From Actinomycetota bacterium (GTDB taxonomy: Bacteria > Actinomycetota > Actinomycetes > S36-B12), in assembly GCA_017857875.1 (NCBI GenBank), contig JAFMCH010000001.1, positions 3,745-67,744 of the forward strand: DNA of 64,000 nt. Reading direction: 5' to 3'. The translations under genes were made by a program, and so were the position numbers. Positions 26,409-35,766 of the stretch are shown here, in pieces (position 1 is the stretch's first letter; each line of letters begins with the position of its first letter). The notes below the pieces were generated by a model. The model made no database searches. It was given only the letters and a program-made list of their open reading frames with translations, and was not told where the DNA came from.

Positions 26409-27942
26409 CAGTGCCACTCCAACACACGACGAAATCAAAGCCTGTGCACGGCAATATGGATGGCTGCTGTCGCCTGATCAACTCGATGAACTGGCTGCTG
26501 CCATCACCGGACTTTCAGGTTCATACGTCCGACTGCAACAACTTCACGAATCCGCGCACGAAGACCAGCCAACCTCAGTACGCGATTGTGGCGTGGCTCC
26601 GGATATCAATGACAGCCAAGCTTGGTCCTGGCTCTGTGACATCCACGAGCAGGACACAGGTCCTCTCACGGGGACCTCGGTCGCGATTAAGGATTCGATT
26701 GCGGTGGCTGGTCTGCCAACGATGATGGGTTCTGAGTTACTCAACCAGCCAGATACACGTCACGTTGCGCGCCAGGATGCAACCGTTGTTCGCCGACTTC
26801 TGGGGGCGGGAGGCATCATCCGCGGAAAGTCGACGACTGAAGACCTGTGTATCGGTGGCTCTTCCTGTACATCAAAACCGCACAGGCTCGAGAACCCGCA
26901 TCTTGCGGGCAGATCAGCGGGCGGATCATCATCGGGAAGCGCGGTTCTTCTCGCCCAACACGAAGTTGACCTGGCACTCGGAGCCGATCAGGGCGGATCG
27001 ATTCGAATCCCGGCCGCACTGTGCGCGCTGGTGGGTCTCAAGCCAACATTCGGCTCTATTCCCTTTACCGGGGTGCAAGGACTTGTCTGGAGCATGGACC
27101 ATGTCGGGCCGATGGCTCGATCTGTGCGAGAGGTAGCGGTAGCCCTTGACGTCCTGTCCGGTGATGACGGTATCGACCGTCGGTCACGTGGAGTCGCTCC
27201 GACGTCAGCCTTGGCCACACTGGATCAAAGCGTTCGCGGACTCCGCGTCGGAATCCTGCAAGAAGGCTTCGATCTGACTCGGGCCGGCGAGGCGGAATTC
27301 CCGGGGTCAGTTGCAGCAGCTGACCTTGTGCATCAACGAGCTTTGGCCCTAGCAGCTTGTGGGCTGGACGTCATCGACGTGTCGCTGCCCATGCACGCTG
27401 ATGCTCAGCACATTTATGGACCACTCCTCGTCGAATCCGCAGCCACAAACATATGGGGATCAAGGGGCCTAGCCAGCGCCGATCTTGGACCGCAGGGGGA
27501 CACGCCCGTCGTCAGTATCGATCGAGCCCTGCGCCGCTATCCAGAACTTGCATCCGACCCTACGAAGCTGCTCGCAATTGCCGGCACGCTGTTTCATGAC
27601 AAACACGCAGGAGAGTCTCTGGAAGCGGCGACAACCCAGGTACTGGCACTTCGACGAATCTACGATGAAACTCTCAACACGGTCGACGTGCTCGTACATC
27701 CGACGACGGCACCTGCCGGCGTGAGCGGTTTTCTACCCGACTCTGCAACGGGTGTCATCAGCGAAAGCCTCGCCTACTTCGCGAATACCTGCCCGACCAA
27801 TCTCACCGGACACCCGGCCATCACCGTGCCGGTCGGCACCGTGAATGGCGCGCCGGTGGGAATGCACATCACCGGCCGCCATCACGACGAAGCCACCCTG
27901 TTGCGTGTCGCGCTTGCGGTGGAGGAATTTGTCAGCCGGTAA
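26389..27942 (+). CDS. Amidase (amidase-signature family)
   Basis: AS motifs KDSIAVAGLPTMMGS and GGSSSGSAV. GTG 26389 is preceded by AAAGGA; the alternative is TTG 26338. Confidence 0.85.
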   Translation: MTTPSASSATPTHDEIKACARQYGWLLSPDQLDELAAAITGLSGSYVRLQQLHESAHEDQPTSVRDCGVAPDINDSQAWSWLCDIHEQDTGPLTGTSVAIKDSIAVAGLPTMMGSELLNQPDTRHVARQDATVVRRLLGAGGIIRGKSTTEDLCIGGSSCTSKPHRLENPHLAGRSAGGSSSGSAVLLAQHEVDLALGADQGGSIRIPAALCALVGLKPTFGSIPFTGVQGLVWSMDHVGPMARSVREVAVALDVLSGDDGIDRRSRGVAPTSALATLDQSVRGLRVGILQEGFDLTRAGEAEFPGSVAAADLVHQRALALAACGLDVIDVSLPMHADAQHIYGPLLVESAATNIWGSRGLASADLGPQGDTPVVSIDRALRRYPELASDPTKLLAIAGTLFHDKHAGESLEAATTQVLALRRIYDETLNTVDVLVHPTTAPAGVSGFLPDSATGVISESLAYFANTCPTNLTGHPAITVPVGTVNGAPVGMHITGRHHDEATLLRVALAVEEFVSR

Positions 27943-28690
27943 GGGCCGCACCTCGCGCTACGTCACCGGTAGCCGACCCATCATTGAGGACCTCAACAGC
28001 CAGGAGTTCAACACGGTATGTGTGCTCGAGTGATCGACCTAGTACGGGATCGGTCATCCGAATTGTCCACTCCTGCGCGAATCGCAGCTTCTCCTCAATC
28101 GATACCACGGTCCCGCTGAACAAAATAACCGCACCCGGCACGGGCACAACGCTTTCACGCACACCCTGAAGCATTTCATCCGGCGCCCAAAACTCCGACA
28201 CAGATGCTTCCTGGTACTTAACTCGCTCGCCAGAATCGACAACCCAACACTCCATCGAGATCTGATCCCAATGGTCCTTCACGTCTTCCCACCGCCACGC
28301 ATCGGGTGAAAACACGTTAGGTGTCACCTGCTTTGCCCAGGGAATATCGTGACCCTCAAGTGAGCGATCAGTGTGATCGGAACCCACCGTGACATACACG
28401 GTGCCATCGGCATCTTGGATCGTGACGATTTCGACCTCGCCGCTTGTCTTGGGTCGTTGCACCGAGATCACATCATCAGTCAACGTGGCCCACATACTGA
28501 TGGGCATAACCAAGGGTGGACGATCGCAGATGAGTTCCTTGACGCCGAGTTTGTAACACTCTTCCAAATGCGCCTGCATTTTTGCTGTGTCGCGCATCGT
28601 GAAACCTAGGTTGTAGCAGCGCACAAAGTCGATATCAATTGGTGTAACAGTTTCGTCGAGTTCGTGAATGCGCAATGATCTAATCGACAT
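27932..28690 (-). CDS. DUF2848-like protein
   Basis: The VGSDHTDR and DPVLGRSLEHTY blocks match my recollection of DUF2848. Convergent 11-nt overlap with the amidase gene. Confidence 0.6.
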   Translation of the reverse strand: MSIRSLRIHELDETVTPIDIDFVRCYNLGFTMRDTAKMQAHLEECYKLGVKELICDRPPLVMPISMWATLTDDVISVQRPKTSGEVEIVTIQDADGTVYVTVGSDHTDRSLEGHDIPWAKQVTPNVFSPDAWRWEDVKDHWDQISMECWVVDSGERVKYQEASVSEFWAPDEMLQGVRESVVPVPGAVILFSGTVVSIEEKLRFAQEWTIRMTDPVLGRSLEHTYRVELLAVEVLNDGSATGDVARGAALTG

Positions 28691-28742
28691 TTCGTCTCCA
28701 GGGTGTTTGATTGAAGTGGTTAAATATTGTAGTCATTCACGT

Positions 28743-29579
28743 TCAGTGTGTTTCTTCGCCGCCGGACACGTTGAGAGCATCACCAGATATATAGGCAGCG
28801 TCATCACTTGCCAAGAACGCGCAAGTACCAGCAATATCTGCAGGTAAACCATTACGGCCCAAAGGAATACGCGAGAGCATTCCGTCCATATACTCCTCCA
28901 AGGTCTGACCAAGCAACTCGGAGAAGTAGTCGTTTTGCCACGACCCGAGACCCGTGGTCACATGGTTGGGGCACACCGCATTGACCGTGATGTCATGCGG
29001 ACCGAATTCAATTGCGGCGGTCCGCGTGAATCCGATAACACCGTGCTTACTGGATACGTAGGCACCGGCATGTGGAAAACCAGACTTGCCGCCCTGGGAA
29101 GAGATGTTGATGATGCGGCCACCTCTACCCTGACGAATCATCTGCTTGCCAGCATGTTTTGCGGCCAGAAATGTTCCGGTGAGGTTGACGCCCAGCACAA
29201 CGTCCCAGTCAGCAAGATCTGTGTCAACGATCGGGCTCATCAAGTATCCGACACCGGCATTATTGATCAAGACATCGACACCGCCGAAGGCGGATACAGT
29301 GGCAGCAACAGCTGCTGCCACCTGTTCCTCTTGCCTTACATCACAGGTGATGGCCGCTGCTGAACCGGGCCCACACTCATTGAGGTATGCAACCAAGGCG
29401 TCCATCTCTGATTGGGCCGGCACTCCGTGCTCGGGAAACTGATCACCCTGGGGTCGATCAAGATCCGCAATCATCACGTGCGCCCCCTCCTGCACGAAAC
29501 GAAGCGCTATGCCCTCACCGAGTCCCCGACGCCGGCCTGCTCCGGTAATCAAGACCGCTTTACCTGCTAGTCCGCGCAT
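28743..29579 (-). CDS. SDR family oxidoreductase
   Basis: TGAGRRRGLGEG cofactor region, NNAG and catalytic YVSSKHG. Confidence 0.85.
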   Translation of the reverse strand: MRGLAGKAVLITGAGRRRGLGEGIALRFVQEGAHVMIADLDRPQGDQFPEHGVPAQSEMDALVAYLNECGPGSAAAITCDVRQEEQVAAAVAATVSAFGGVDVLINNAGVGYLMSPIVDTDLADWDVVLGVNLTGTFLAAKHAGKQMIRQGRGGRIINISSQGGKSGFPHAGAYVSSKHGVIGFTRTAAIEFGPHDITVNAVCPNHVTTGLGSWQNDYFSELLGQTLEEYMDGMLSRIPLGRNGLPADIAGTCAFLASDDAAYISGDALNVSGGEETH

Positions 29580-29584
29580 AACCT

Positions 29585-29896
29585 CTAGCCTTCCAATTCT
29601 TGGGTAACCACAAACAAGGGACTCTCAGCAAACTCGGCAAACTGAGAGGCGATCTGCTGCATCTGCGGGCTTTGAACATCCGTGCCAAGCGACGAAATGT
29701 CGGTCACCTCGATAACTTCAATGTAGTCGTACGGGCTTTCACCGCCGCCCAAAAGACCCGAGGCGGCAAAGACACGAAAGGAATGGACTGACGGCAGATC
29801 GCGAACGGTAGGAATGTCGCGCGTAAGGGCCCAGTCTTCATAAGCCTCAATGCTCACTCCGTCTCGCAGATTGAATAGGACTACGACATGGGCCAT
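29585..29896 (-). CDS. Small Dabb/EthD-like (REDY/HapK-like?) ferredoxin-fold protein
   Basis: ATG 29896 is preceded by GAGGAG. The sequence MAHVVVLFNLRDGVSIEAYEDW fits that fold pattern. 103 aa. Confidence 0.5.
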   Translation of the reverse strand: MAHVVVLFNLRDGVSIEAYEDWALTRDIPTVRDLPSVHSFRVFAASGLLGGGESPYDYIEVIEVTDISSLGTDVQSPQMQQIASQFAEFAESPLFVVTQELEG

Positions 29897-30378
29897 GTTG
29901 AGATCTCCTCTATTGTCCATACTCGATCGGGGTCGGTTTGCTGAATCATTCGTACCTGTTCGGACTGACTCGTGCCGTCATTGCGCCAGAGAACCTCGGC
30001 CGGGTTAGTCATGGGATGTTCTCCTGTGTCGGCGGACACCACTAGGTGCCCCTGAGGTTGTGGTGGCCTGGCCGCATAACCCGACCTGTGCTCGACAACC
30101 TTCAGAACATTCGGGTGTGCGTAATACATTCCGTATGCCATGACTAACCCTTGCGCAAAATCATCCGGATGAGCGCGCTCAAAAGTCGTGAGTGCCTCAG
30201 CCAAAGCTTCGGCTTTCTCTCTGGGCGGCAGAGCCCACTTTGAAATGCGTTCCCATGCCTGCAACATTGATGCATTGGCACCGATTGATGCCTCATCTAG
30301 ATCAAGATCTGCAGCACACGGCCATTGCCCATCACCAGGGAGAACTCCGGCCAAGAAACACAGTTGGCTAGGCGTCAC
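29881..30378 (-). CDS. Gluconate 2-dehydrogenase subunit 3-like small subunit (no Tat signal)
   Basis: 165 aa immediately downstream of and overlapping a GMC flavoenzyme gene. It is paralogous to 44215-44643 (shared ...YY..P.VL......GY...PPQPxG...). Confidence 0.6.
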   Translation of the reverse strand: MTPSQLCFLAGVLPGDGQWPCAADLDLDEASIGANASMLQAWERISKWALPPREKAEALAEALTTFERAHPDDFAQGLVMAYGMYYAHPNVLKVVEHRSGYAARPPQPQGHLVVSADTGEHPMTNPAEVLWRNDGTSQSEQVRMIQQTDPDRVWTIEEISTWPMS

Positions 30379-31970
30379 GACAATGCTCCAACCAGTTGAT
30401 CAGCGGCACGAAGCGCGATCGCCTGCATCGTCGGTGTGGGATTGACAGCCGCAGCGCTGGCAAAGACAGATCCGTCGATGATCAGCAGATTCGGTACGTC
30501 ATGAGACCGACAGTCAGCATCCACGACGCTCGACCTCGGATCTGTTCCCATTCTCGCCGTACCCATCAAGTGGAATCCCGCACCGGGCAACACTCGAGTG
30601 GTCACCGTTTCGCGGGCGCCGGCTTGATTGAGTAGTTTCTGTGCCGCGGCGATGCCATGGTCGAGCATCCGCTCGGCATTTTCCTCAACTTGATAATGCA
30701 TGCGAGCTGCCGGCACGCCGAACCGATCGGTTATTGACGCGTCGAGGCTAATGAAATTGTGGTCGACCGGCAGATCCTCACAGGTAACCGCCAAGGTAGC
30801 GCTGTGTCCGAATACGGTGTCAAAACGTTGGTGATGCGAAGCTCCCCAGGAAATATCGAGGCCGAACCCACCGAGGGCGGTCAGCAGTGGCCCCTGCGAA
30901 CGCGTCAATTGCATTTCATAGCCGCGTAAGAAGCCTCGATCAGGGTCGGTCTCATAGAAATGCTGCGAAAGCAGCGCAAAAGCATCATTGCCGGACCAAC
31001 CATCAACCCGATCATCCCAAATCCCGGTCACACCAGCGATGGGATGCAGCATGAGGTTGCGGCCGACTTGGCCGGATGAATTCGCGAGACCGTTGGAGTG
31101 ATCACCGTTAGCACTTGCCAGCAGCAGCCTTGGCGTACCAATGCCATTGCAGGCCACGACGATGTAATCACCCGCAGTCTCGTGCTGATGACCGGATTCA
31201 TCACACCAATGAACGCTTTTGGCTAGCCCCTGGTCATCAGTAGATATGCGCGTAGCAGATGCACCGGTAATCAGTTTCGCCCCTAGCGCCAGCGCCAATG
31301 GCCAGTACGTGTTGTCCGCCGAAGCTCGCGCCCCGCTGAAGCAGCCCATTTCGCACGGTCCACATCCATTGCAGGCCGGACGACCGTTGCGCGGCTCGGT
31401 AAGAATTTGACCGTCGGTGGGCCACCAGTGCCAACCGAGTTGATTCAGTGCTGCGGCTACGCGCTTACCCGCGCCACCTAGTGGTACCGGCGGTGTCTGT
31501 CGGGGTGTTCTCGGTGGGTTTCCAGGGTCACCGCTGCGACCTGAGACCCCCACGATGTCATCGTTCATCTCGTAGTACGGGGCTATGTCCCAGTATGTGA
31601 ACGGCCAATCGGCTCCTACACCATCGAGACTATGAACACGGAAATCTGATGGGCGGAAACGTGGTGCGTGTGCTGACCACAACACGGTGCTACCGCCAAC
31701 CCCATTGTAAATCGCAGGTTTGATCACCGAGGTGTCGTCCATGATGGGGTAATCGGCGACCCCTTTGCGGATATTGGGATTCGCAGACCGAGACGTCAGA
31801 CGCTCTACCTCCCAATCGGCCCTCGCGCTCGGCGTACTTGCCGGTGGCGTCCAGTGGCCGCGCTCAAGACAGACGACGTCCATGCCAGCGGCTGCTGCCC
31901 GCCAAGCAAAAGCCGCGCCGGTGGCACCAGCGCCGACGATGACCACGCGGGTCTTAGCCGAGGGTGTCAC
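30375..31970 (-). CDS. GMC family FAD-dependent oxidoreductase, large subunit with 4-Cys motif
   Basis: GTG 31970 overlaps the stop of the upstream ABC ATPase as GTGA. Has FAD fold VVIVGAGATGAA, Cys cluster CNGCGPCEMGC (31341-31373) and C-terminal GMC block GTARMG...NLLIIDGSVF. Confidence 0.85.
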   Translation of the reverse strand: MTPSAKTRVVIVGAGATGAAFAWRAAAAGMDVVCLERGHWTPPASTPSARADWEVERLTSRSANPNIRKGVADYPIMDDTSVIKPAIYNGVGGSTVLWSAHAPRFRPSDFRVHSLDGVGADWPFTYWDIAPYYEMNDDIVGVSGRSGDPGNPPRTPRQTPPVPLGGAGKRVAAALNQLGWHWWPTDGQILTEPRNGRPACNGCGPCEMGCFSGARASADNTYWPLALALGAKLITGASATRISTDDQGLAKSVHWCDESGHQHETAGDYIVVACNGIGTPRLLLASANGDHSNGLANSSGQVGRNLMLHPIAGVTGIWDDRVDGWSGNDAFALLSQHFYETDPDRGFLRGYEMQLTRSQGPLLTALGGFGLDISWGASHHQRFDTVFGHSATLAVTCEDLPVDHNFISLDASITDRFGVPAARMHYQVEENAERMLDHGIAAAQKLLNQAGARETVTTRVLPGAGFHLMGTARMGTDPRSSVVDADCRSHDVPNLLIIDGSVFASAAAVNPTPTMQAIALRAADQLVGALS

Positions 31971-33778
31971 CCGACAACACTCGCTCCGCTCAAAATCCCC
32001 TCGACCGACTTCCAGCACCGGACGAGGTGATCTGGCTCAGTAATCTGGAGCAACTGAGGCTCCTCGCGACAACGATCCTCGGCGAACGGGCAGCGTCCAG
32101 CCAAATAGCAGCCCTTGGGCAGGTCGATCGGACTTGGGATCTCACCTTCCAGTGCACCCAGATGTTCTCTATCGACGCGGCGATCCAGTGGATCGTGGAA
32201 GAGAACGGAATCCAAAAGTGCTCGAGTGTAGGGGTGCTCGGGGTGAGCGAAGACCTTTGATGTGGGACCCATCTCGACGATCTGCGACAGGTACATCACC
32301 GCGACGTCCTGACACAACTCGCGAACCGTACTGAGATCATGCGAGATGAAAATGAACGACAGGCCCAAGCGTTCTCTCAGGTCCTTCAACAAGGCGATCA
32401 TCTCGACTCGAGCTACTGGTGGAAGCGCTGACGTGGGCTCGTCGAGCACCAGAAAATCCGGTTCCGTGGACAGTGCCCGAGCCAGACACACGCGTTGCTG
32501 CTGACCTGCGCTCAGCCCAGACGGACGCGAACCTCGGACATCGGCAGAGAGTCCAACCTGGTCCAACAACTCACTGACGCGTTGAGCCTTCTCGGCCTTG
32601 GACATCTTGGTGTGTAGGTCCAGCGGTTCACTAATCGCCTTTTCTACCGACCATCGCGGATTAAGCGAGTCAAACGGGTCTTGAAAAACGACCTGAATCT
32701 TCGACCGGAATTCGCGGAACTCACGCGTACTCATGGCCGTAAGGTCGGTGTCGCGGAACCAGATGTCACCCTCATCTGCCTCAAGGAGACGCAGAATCAG
32801 TCGACCGACTGTCGTCTTGCCGCTGCCACTCTCACCCACCAGACCAAGAGACCGCCCCTGCATGACCGTGAGCGATACATCGGATACCGCGCTAAGCACC
32901 TTGCCGTCGTCAAGTTTGAAGGTCTTGCGTAGACCCTCGAGACGAATCAGTGGCGTCTGGGACCCTGCTTCCTGGCTCGCAGTTTCCGCCTGTGCACGCT
33001 CACCCGCAAGGGACAATACTTTTTTGCTGTATGCGTCAGTAGGGTTCGCAAAAAACTCTCGGGTGGGGGCATCTTCCACCAGCTTGCCGTTCTCTAGGAC
33101 CAGAACGCGATCACAATAATTGGCGACAATGCCAAGATCCTGTGTGACGAGCAAGACAGCCGTTCCCGTTTCCTCGGCTCGTTGCCACATGCGATCAAGG
33201 AACTGTGCCTGAATCGTCACGTCAAGTCCGCTCGTTGGCTCATCGGCAACGAGGAGTTGCGGCTGTGCACTCAGCGCCATGGAAATGAGTGCACGTTGAG
33301 CCATACCGCCGGAAAGTTCATGCGGGTACGCCTTGATCCGACGCTGCGGATCGTTAATACCCACGTTCTCCAATAACTCAATCGCATGATCTTGTGCCTG
33401 GGCCTTAGAAGCATCGACATGCGCTCGATACACCCGCCCGATCTGCGTGCCCACATTCTGAAAGGGATTGAGTGACTGCCGAGGTTTCTGCGTGATCAAT
33501 CCAATGGACCGACCACGGATTTCACGCAGCTTCTCCTCAGGTAGCGTCAACAGTTCTTGACCCATAAAATCAATACTCCCTGACACTCGGCCCGGATAAC
33601 GGGCGAGGGCAAGAAGACCGAGAGCCAGCGAAGTCTTGCCCGATCCGCTCTCACCGATGAGGCCAACGATCTCACCGGAGTTCAACTCTAAATTCACGCC
33701 ATTAACTGCTGTGAACGAACCTTGCACCGTGGGATAAGTGACGGTGAGACCCTTGGTAGCGAGAATGCGCTCATTCAT
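31967..33778 (-). CDS. Fused double-ATPase ABC transporter protein (DppD-DppF fusion)
   Basis: Two Walker A motifs (GESGSGKT twice) and two signatures (LSGGMAQR, LSAGQQQR) in 603 aa. Confidence 0.9.
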   Translation of the reverse strand: MNERILATKGLTVTYPTVQGSFTAVNGVNLELNSGEIVGLIGESGSGKTSLALGLLALARYPGRVSGSIDFMGQELLTLPEEKLREIRGRSIGLITQKPRQSLNPFQNVGTQIGRVYRAHVDASKAQAQDHAIELLENVGINDPQRRIKAYPHELSGGMAQRALISMALSAQPQLLVADEPTSGLDVTIQAQFLDRMWQRAEETGTAVLLVTQDLGIVANYCDRVLVLENGKLVEDAPTREFFANPTDAYSKKVLSLAGERAQAETASQEAGSQTPLIRLEGLRKTFKLDDGKVLSAVSDVSLTVMQGRSLGLVGESGSGKTTVGRLILRLLEADEGDIWFRDTDLTAMSTREFREFRSKIQVVFQDPFDSLNPRWSVEKAISEPLDLHTKMSKAEKAQRVSELLDQVGLSADVRGSRPSGLSAGQQQRVCLARALSTEPDFLVLDEPTSALPPVARVEMIALLKDLRERLGLSFIFISHDLSTVRELCQDVAVMYLSQIVEMGPTSKVFAHPEHPYTRALLDSVLFHDPLDRRVDREHLGALEGEIPSPIDLPKGCYLAGRCPFAEDRCREEPQLLQITEPDHLVRCWKSVEGILSGASVVG

Positions 33779-34656
33779 GATGTAGCAACCCGTCGTTCGA
33801 TTGCATTACTCAAGGCGGCAAAACCAACCACCGTTAATGACACGGCGATGCCCGGGAACAACGAGGTCCACCATTCACCAAGCACGAGTTGTGGCGCGCT
33901 GTTGGCAATCATCAATCCCCATTCAGGATTCGGTGGACGTACGCCCGCACCAACGAAGGACAGCCCAGCGGTCAACAAGATGCCAAAGCCCACCGTGACC
34001 GATAGTTGAATCAGCGATGGGGTGAGTGAGTTCGGCAACACATGCTTGATTGCGATCTTCAAGTCAGAATTACCCGCCGCACGAGCCGCCTCGACATATG
34101 CGCGTTCGCGCTGGGTGAGTACTTCCGCACGTGTCAAACGAATGAAGATGGGGGTGTACAAGAAGGTCAGCGCGAAGATCAAGTTGGTGAGATTTCGTCC
34201 CGACAGTGCAACGAGCACCATGGCCAGAATGAAAACCGGGAAGGCCTGCAAGACATCGGACACGCGCATGATGAAGCCAGAGAAGACGCCCCGGTAAAAG
34301 CCAGCCATAAGACCTATGAACGTGCCAAGGATTCCGGAGAGCACCGCGGCACTGACAGCCAGCGTCACGTCGATCCGCGGTGCAGAGATCACGCGACTAA
34401 ACACATCCAGACCAGATGTGTCCGTACCGAACCAGTAGGTCGTCGACGGTGGCACACTCGGCGGGCCGACCGGAACCGTGGGGTCGTAGGGAGCAATGGC
34501 TTCGCCAAAGGCAGCGAGGAACAACGCGATACCGACGATGATGGCACCGGTAACAAGAAGCTTGTCGTGATACCACCTGCGTGCCTTAATCTTCTTATCG
34601 GCGAGATTCTCCAGGGGATGCTCACCCTTGACCGGTGGCGATTGCGGAATAGTCAT
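33775..34656 (-). CDS. ABC transporter permease (DppC-like)
   Basis: BPD-type permease with EAA-like loop VEAARAAGNSDLKIAIKHVLPN. 4-nt overlaps with both neighbouring genes. Confidence 0.85.
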   Translation of the reverse strand: MTIPQSPPVKGEHPLENLADKKIKARRWYHDKLLVTGAIIVGIALFLAAFGEAIAPYDPTVPVGPPSVPPSTTYWFGTDTSGLDVFSRVISAPRIDVTLAVSAAVLSGILGTFIGLMAGFYRGVFSGFIMRVSDVLQAFPVFILAMVLVALSGRNLTNLIFALTFLYTPIFIRLTRAEVLTQRERAYVEAARAAGNSDLKIAIKHVLPNSLTPSLIQLSVTVGFGILLTAGLSFVGAGVRPPNPEWGLMIANSAPQLVLGEWWTSLFPGIAVSLTVVGFAALSNAIERRVATS

Positions 34657-35660
34657 CAGTTTTTCACCCTCGGATCGATGACGGCAAGGAGCAGGTCCAG
34701 CACCAAGTACACGCCAAGTGACACGATCGTGATGATGAGGACCGTGCCTTGAATGGCCGGGTAGTCAAGGTTCAGCACTGCACGAACGGAATACGAGCCG
34801 AGACCGTTGAAGGCGAATACCTGCTCTATCAGCACAGCTCCGCCAAGGAGGAACCCGAACAGGATTCCGGCCAAGGTCAAGACCGGGGGCAGACTCGCAC
34901 GAATAGTTGAACGTGCCACTTTGTTGGCAGGAATACCAGAAGCCTGTTGATAGAGAATGAATTCACTGCCCAGCACCCGACTCATGCTCTGGCGCGTCAT
35001 CTTGATGATCGGTCCCGAGACGATAAATGCCAATGTCATCACCGGTAGCCACAGATGCCAGGCAGCATCGGTAAACGCAGCAATGTTGCCGGTGATGAGC
35101 GAATCCACAAGGGACATACCCGTGATTTCCGGGGGTGGAGTGACACCCGGCGCGTACTGGCCGAGTGGCGCAGGTGCTATTCCCAGGGTGTAGTAAAAGA
35201 AGAAGATGAACAGCAGGCCCCACCAGAACTCCGGCTGAGCACCAGCGAACAGGCCGTAGCCGAAGACTGTTTTATCGAGTTTTCCGCCTGGGCGCTTCGC
35301 CGTAGCGATGCCAACCGGCACCGACACGAGCAACGCCAGCGCGAATGCGAGGGTGATCAGCTGCAAAGTGATCGGTAGCGCCGAGCGAAGCTCCCCCAAG
35401 ATTGAGCTACCCGTCACCCACGAGACGCCGAGGTCACCCCTCACGAGCCCACTCACATACGTCGTGAATTGCGACCATACGCTCGCGTCGAGCCCTAGCG
35501 ATGCCTGGGCTTGCGCGTAAACCTCGGGCGAAGAGTTGAAACCAACGAGTCGAGCTACCGGGTCTGCCGGTAGGGCTCTAATGACGAAGAAGACAACGAC
35601 AGTGATGCCGATCGCCTGGAGTAGGCCGATGCCCACCCTTTTGAGTACGTAACGCCCCAC
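34656..35660 (-). CDS. ABC transporter permease (DppB-like)
   Basis: GTG start and N-terminus YVLKRVGIGLLQAIGITVVVF typical of DppB/OppB permeases. Confidence 0.85.
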   Translation of the reverse strand: MGRYVLKRVGIGLLQAIGITVVVFFVIRALPADPVARLVGFNSSPEVYAQAQASLGLDASVWSQFTTYVSGLVRGDLGVSWVTGSSILGELRSALPITLQLITLAFALALLVSVPVGIATAKRPGGKLDKTVFGYGLFAGAQPEFWWGLLFIFFFYYTLGIAPAPLGQYAPGVTPPPEITGMSLVDSLITGNIAAFTDAAWHLWLPVMTLAFIVSGPIIKMTRQSMSRVLGSEFILYQQASGIPANKVARSTIRASLPPVLTLAGILFGFLLGGAVLIEQVFAFNGLGSYSVRAVLNLDYPAIQGTVLIITIVSLGVYLVLDLLLAVIDPRVKN

Positions 35661-35717
35661 AGTGGAAGTGTTCCCTTCCTCGACAGGCGGATGAATGATC
35701 CCGATGTCAAACCGGGC

Positions 35718-35760
35718 TACGGGTGCCGCTCAGTCGACGTGCAACTGAGCGGCACCCGTA
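35718..35760 (-). promoter_or_regulatory. Perfect 17-bp stem-loop 7 nt downstream of the second SBP gene (intercistronic)
   Basis: TACGGGTGCCGCTCAGT (35718-35734) is the exact reverse complement of 35744-35760, with a 9-nt loop. No U-tract follows on the minus strand. Confidence 0.6.
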
Positions 35761-35766
35761 CGCGAA

